NCBI RefSeq assembly: GCF_963921235.1 | Contig: NC_086122.1 | Coordinates: 27,466,001-27,530,000, forward strand | Length of the DNA stretch: 64,000 nucleotides | Direction: 5' to 3' | From: Mobula hypostoma | Lineage: Eukaryota | In this document: positions 60,330 through 64,000 of the stretch, one piece after another | Layout of the letters: the number at the start of each line of letters is the position of its first letter | How positions within the stretch are numbered: the first letter of the stretch is position 1 | Program-made: the position numbers and the translations under genes | The notes under the pieces: model-generated | Seen by the model: the letters and a program-made list of their open reading frames with translations, nothing else | Database searches by the model: none | What the model was told of the DNA's origin: nothing

Positions 60330-60785
60330 CCATTAACCAGACAGCCTTGTTTACAACTCACCTCCATGCACACCATGGTTTTCTCACTCTCTCTCCATTT
60401 ACAGGCTTCCTTTGCGTATCCTTTGCAGTTCCGATGAAGGATCTCTGACCAGAAACGTCGACTCTGGTTTTCCTTCCTGCAGGTGCAGCCTGACCTGCTG
60501 AATATTTCCAACATTTTCTGGTCGTTCTTTGGCCTGGGAGGACCAGATTGGCAGCCCAAACCATCTCACAACTAACACAATTTACTCTTACTGCCAACAG
60601 AAGCCCCTTCTCACCTGGACCCGCCTATTACCCCCCAGCTTGAGCTCTGTCTCTCCTCCTGCCTTTTATCCTGGTTTCCGTCCTCCTCCCTTCCAGTCGT
60701 AATGAAGGGCCTGACCTGAAATGTTCACTGTTCATTTCTCTTCATAGGTGCTGCCTAACCTGTTGAGCTCCTTCGAGATTGTTGT
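60330..60785 (+). mobile_element. Two PLE pseudo-LTR copies in direct orientation
   Basis: CCGATGA at 60431-60437 with GAAACGTCGACT at 60452-60463, and a second decayed core at about 60699-60730. Confidence 0.7.
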
Positions 60786-60879
60786 ATGGCGTTTATTCTT
60801 ACTACAGATAACCGTGGACTGATGTCGTTGCCTATGTTTTAGACATAGTTCTTGCTGCTTCACTTGCTGCCCCATGCCA

Positions 60880-61205
60880 TAAGACTACAAGGCATAAGAT
60901 ATTGGAGCATCTGTACCTACCTCTGCATCTGGATCCTCAACTTCCTACCAGAGGACCACAATCTGAGCAGGTCGGAAATAATACCTCCATTGACTATCTA
61001 CACTGGCACACTTCAGGGATGTGAGCTTATCCAACTGCTCTACTCTCTCTACACCCACAACTGTGTGGCTAGACACAGCTCATATGCCATCTATAAATTT
61101 GCTGTCAATTCGACTATTTTTTGACAGAATTTCAGATGGTAGTGAGAGGGCATACAGGAGAGAGATATATCAGCTAGTTGAGTGGTGTCACAGCAATGAC
61201 CTCTT
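60880..61205 (+). mobile_element. Rex1/Babar RT fragment
   Basis: LCIWILNFL...TGTLQGCELIQLLYSLYTHNC...KFAVNST...AYRREIYQLVEWC. Confidence 0.8.
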
Positions 61206-62327
61206 GAAAAAGACTCAGAAAACTATTTGAAAAGTGATCAAAGTAGATCACCCCAAACGTCCTCAGAAATTAAATTTCCTGTACTGTTTTAGTGTGGCGT
61301 TTGTGCTAAAACTGGCCAGGGAAGTTCTCCCACATTACTTCAGGTGTGCTTGCACAGGAGATACTGTGTGCCATGATTGGAAGAAAGGAATCTCATTCCA
61401 ACTGTTACTGGAGAAATGAAAACAAAATGTTCAAACGCAGTTACCAGAACAATCTTTTATAATAATGATAAGATTACTGTTAGAAGTTTAAAGAATGGTT
61501 TACTGCTCGACAGGAAAGCTTTTTATGGAGTCAAGGGGTTAAGGTAATAAATAGCATAAGGTACCCAGAGAGCTGTTAACAGGCAGCCTGCAGCCAGGTG
61601 TGAAGGTAGTACTTTCACATTAAAGTGTGTTGGGGATTTTGTTTTAAAGCATCATTACTTGGATTTGCAGCAAAGACAGATTCAGTGTTGTTATATATTG
61701 ACCAAATATTGCAATGGTTCAGCATGTAATGCATTTGCCAGGTAAATATTAACAAAGGTCTGAAAAGGGACCCTGGAAGGATCTACTAAAAGACTAAGAA
61801 TCATTCCATCAAATTCCTCATTCTACTGGAGACGGGCATGTGAAGACCATAGGAGATTTCCGAGACCAAGCTGAAGACTTAATGGTATTGAGCATTACAA
61901 ATGTTTCGATATTGAAAATGGCTCATATAAAACGCGACAGATTAATTATTACCCTTTCATGAGGCAGCAGAACAAACACTGGAATAACAGTTGGATACCA
62001 AAGGAAATTCAAAGTGTTGCTGCAAATGAAAGAGCTTTAAAGATTGGCATTAGGCAGGGTCCATAGGGAAAACTGTAGTTCATACCTGCAGGAGGCAACT
62101 TTGGCGCTATCCCTGTCTGCAGACACACAACTATGTTTAGCATATTACGCCACATCTGGATCAACCTGGAAGCAAGCTTCCACATCTGGAATTGTTTGGA
62201 TATTAGAAGTTTTGTACATGTTACCATTCAAGGCACTTACTTAATATGTCGCACTTGATAGTTTAGCTCAGGGGCTGGCAAATCTTCCTGGAAATCTACT
62301 ACCATGACCCCAAAGTCTCCCTGATAC

Positions 62328-63160
62328 TCAGAATCAGGTTTATCCTCACAGACATGTGCTGTGAAATTTGTTGTTTTATGGCAGCAGTGCTTCCCCGTGG
62401 AGAGTTATATAGCCAGCTACATCATGGTTGACGCTCAGCTGGAAGGCTGAGGAAGTGCTATAAGGATCAGATGAAGAATGCTTTAAGGAAGTGCAAGATC
62501 AGACCCGAGCTCCTGGAGGATGTTGCTGCTGACCGTACCACTTGGTGACAGCTGTGTAGGGATGGGGTTCGTATTCTGGAGATGGAAAGAACAACCAGAA
62601 GACAGCAGAAGAGAGCCAGGAGAAATGCAGCCACGGTTGCCACCATTACTACATATACATGTCCCACCTGCAATAGAGCTTGTGGGTCCAGGATAGGACT
62701 GTATAGTCATCAAAGATCTCACCGTTAAAGGAGTGGACGTCATCATTGAATTTCGATGGACAACCGAAGAGAGGAGAGAGAGACTGTTCAATAAACAAAT
62801 ACTGCCAAAAAAGAGGAATATGGTGAGGTAGTGTTCAGGGGTTCATGGACCCTTCAGATACCTGACAGCTGAGGGGAAGAAGCTGTTCCTAAAACACAAG
62901 AGTGTGTGTCTTCAGGCTCCTGTACCTCCTTCCTGGGGGTAATAATGAGCAGGGGAGCATGTCTTGGATGCTGAGGATCTTTCATGATGGATGACATCTT
63001 CTCAAGGCATTGCCTTCTGAAGATATCCTCGATGGTGGGGAGGCTTGTGCCCCTGAAGGAGCTGGCAGAGCCCACAACTCTCTGCAGCTTTTACTAATCC
63101 TTTGCTTTGGCTCCTCCCTACCAGCCGATGATGCCAGTAGTCAGAGTGCATCTGTAGAAA
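62328..63160 (-). mobile_element. Rex1/Babar LINE 3' fragment interrupted by an RTE fragment
   Basis: TCAGAATCAGGTTTAT tail. ORF 62854-63075(-) GTSLPTIEDIFRRQCLEKMSSIMKDPQHPRHA. Confidence 0.8.
62465..62782 (+). mobile_element. RTE-clade LINE 3' end with a C-terminal C2H2-like zinc finger
   Basis: KNALRKCKI...AADRTTW*...YTCPTCNRACGSRIGLYSHQRSHR*, then a short UTR and GA-rich tail. Confidence 0.8.
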
Positions 63161-63569
63161 TTTGCCTTTGGTGTCTTACCCAATCTCCAAGCATTGAACT
63201 GTACGTATTCCTGAGATTGTTATTGCACGCAAATTTAAATCAGAATGCTTTAAATAGACATCTTTTCAGTGCGTCAGTACAAGTCTGTTTAAAGCCTCGG
63301 CCTGCTTGCTGTTTGTTGGCTCTGCCCTCGCCCCATGCCAGTGTGATCTTGCATGTTAGTGAGGTCGCATTGAATCTGCTATCCGTTCCCACGTGGTGGC
63401 TTCTGATTGGATAAACAGCCCTCACCCTCAGAAGACCATGAGTAATTTTGTCACAGTGGATGTGGGAAATGAAACCATACCCGTTCCCTTGTGTTTCTGA
63501 GGTCTGTGGTCATGAGAGTGGCATAATGCAAATGTAATTGGCCTCACAGATTCCCTGCCTCAGGAAACT

Positions 63570-63925
63570 TTTGGGGCAGCGATGAAGGTCCTCCAACTTT
63601 GTCGGTGTTCAGAGCTTCCTCCATCATGTGGGTTTTCACTCCTGCCAGTCATGCAAGTCCAGGGTGGAGACTCAAGAATACTGTTGCACTCAGATTTAGG
63701 ATTCACTGCTGTTTCCATAACAATTTTGTTTTATCAGTCAGGGTTGTTAGCCCTGAGCTGAACCCCCTAACCTGGAGGACCAGTGGACCACTTTTATTCT
63801 GGCCTCTACCTTTTATTTCTGTTCAGTATGGGTAACCCGATCAAGAGCCAAAGCATAAAGCCTTGAAACATGGCTCTCCAGGTCACTGAGGCATGCAAGC
63901 CTCCAGGTTGTGGTCCTCTCGGAGG
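63570..63925 (-). mobile_element. Non-autonomous bipartite RTE-type retroposon, family F2 (second copy)
   Basis: Homologous to 33050-33442. Confidence 0.75.
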
Positions 63926-63939
63926 CTATGATCATCAAG

Positions 63940-64000
63940 TAGGGTTCAATTCCTGCTGCTATCTGTAAGGAGTTTCTACTCTCTTCTCCTATCAGATTCC
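63940..64000 (+). mobile_element. V-SINE fragment (B box region)
   Basis: GGGTTCAATTCCTGCTGCTATCTGTAAGGAGTTT, as in 25200-25495. Confidence 0.6.

Overview
Vertebrate, transposon-saturated intergenic or intronic DNA. The repeat families (V-SINE-type tRNA SINEs, CR1, Rex-Babar, RTE, Penelope, Tc1, hAT) suggest a cartilaginous fish, probably a ray; this is inference only. No host protein-coding gene is supportable, and the ORFs I can recognise are decayed transposon frames. Large elements are a rearranged Gypsy LTR element (3653-8173), a 5'-truncated RTE LINE with a TSD (27726-30398), and a near full-length CR1 LINE (about 53205-59846) interrupted by a Buster/Charlie hAT transposon (54814-57632). 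The most interesting signal is RNA structure at the ends of short retroposons. (i) A covarying multi-helix 5' structure is shared by different non-autonomous RTE-type families. (ii) One RTE-type element begins at what looks like a twister ribozyme cleavage product. (iii) Many Penelope pseudo-LTRs carry minimal hammerhead ribozyme motifs, often as inverted pairs. A composite Tc1-like MITE carrying a LINE tail occurs three times, and several repeat-free islands look like conserved non-coding enhancers. Coordinates were counted by eye, and repeat boundaries without a TSD are approximate.
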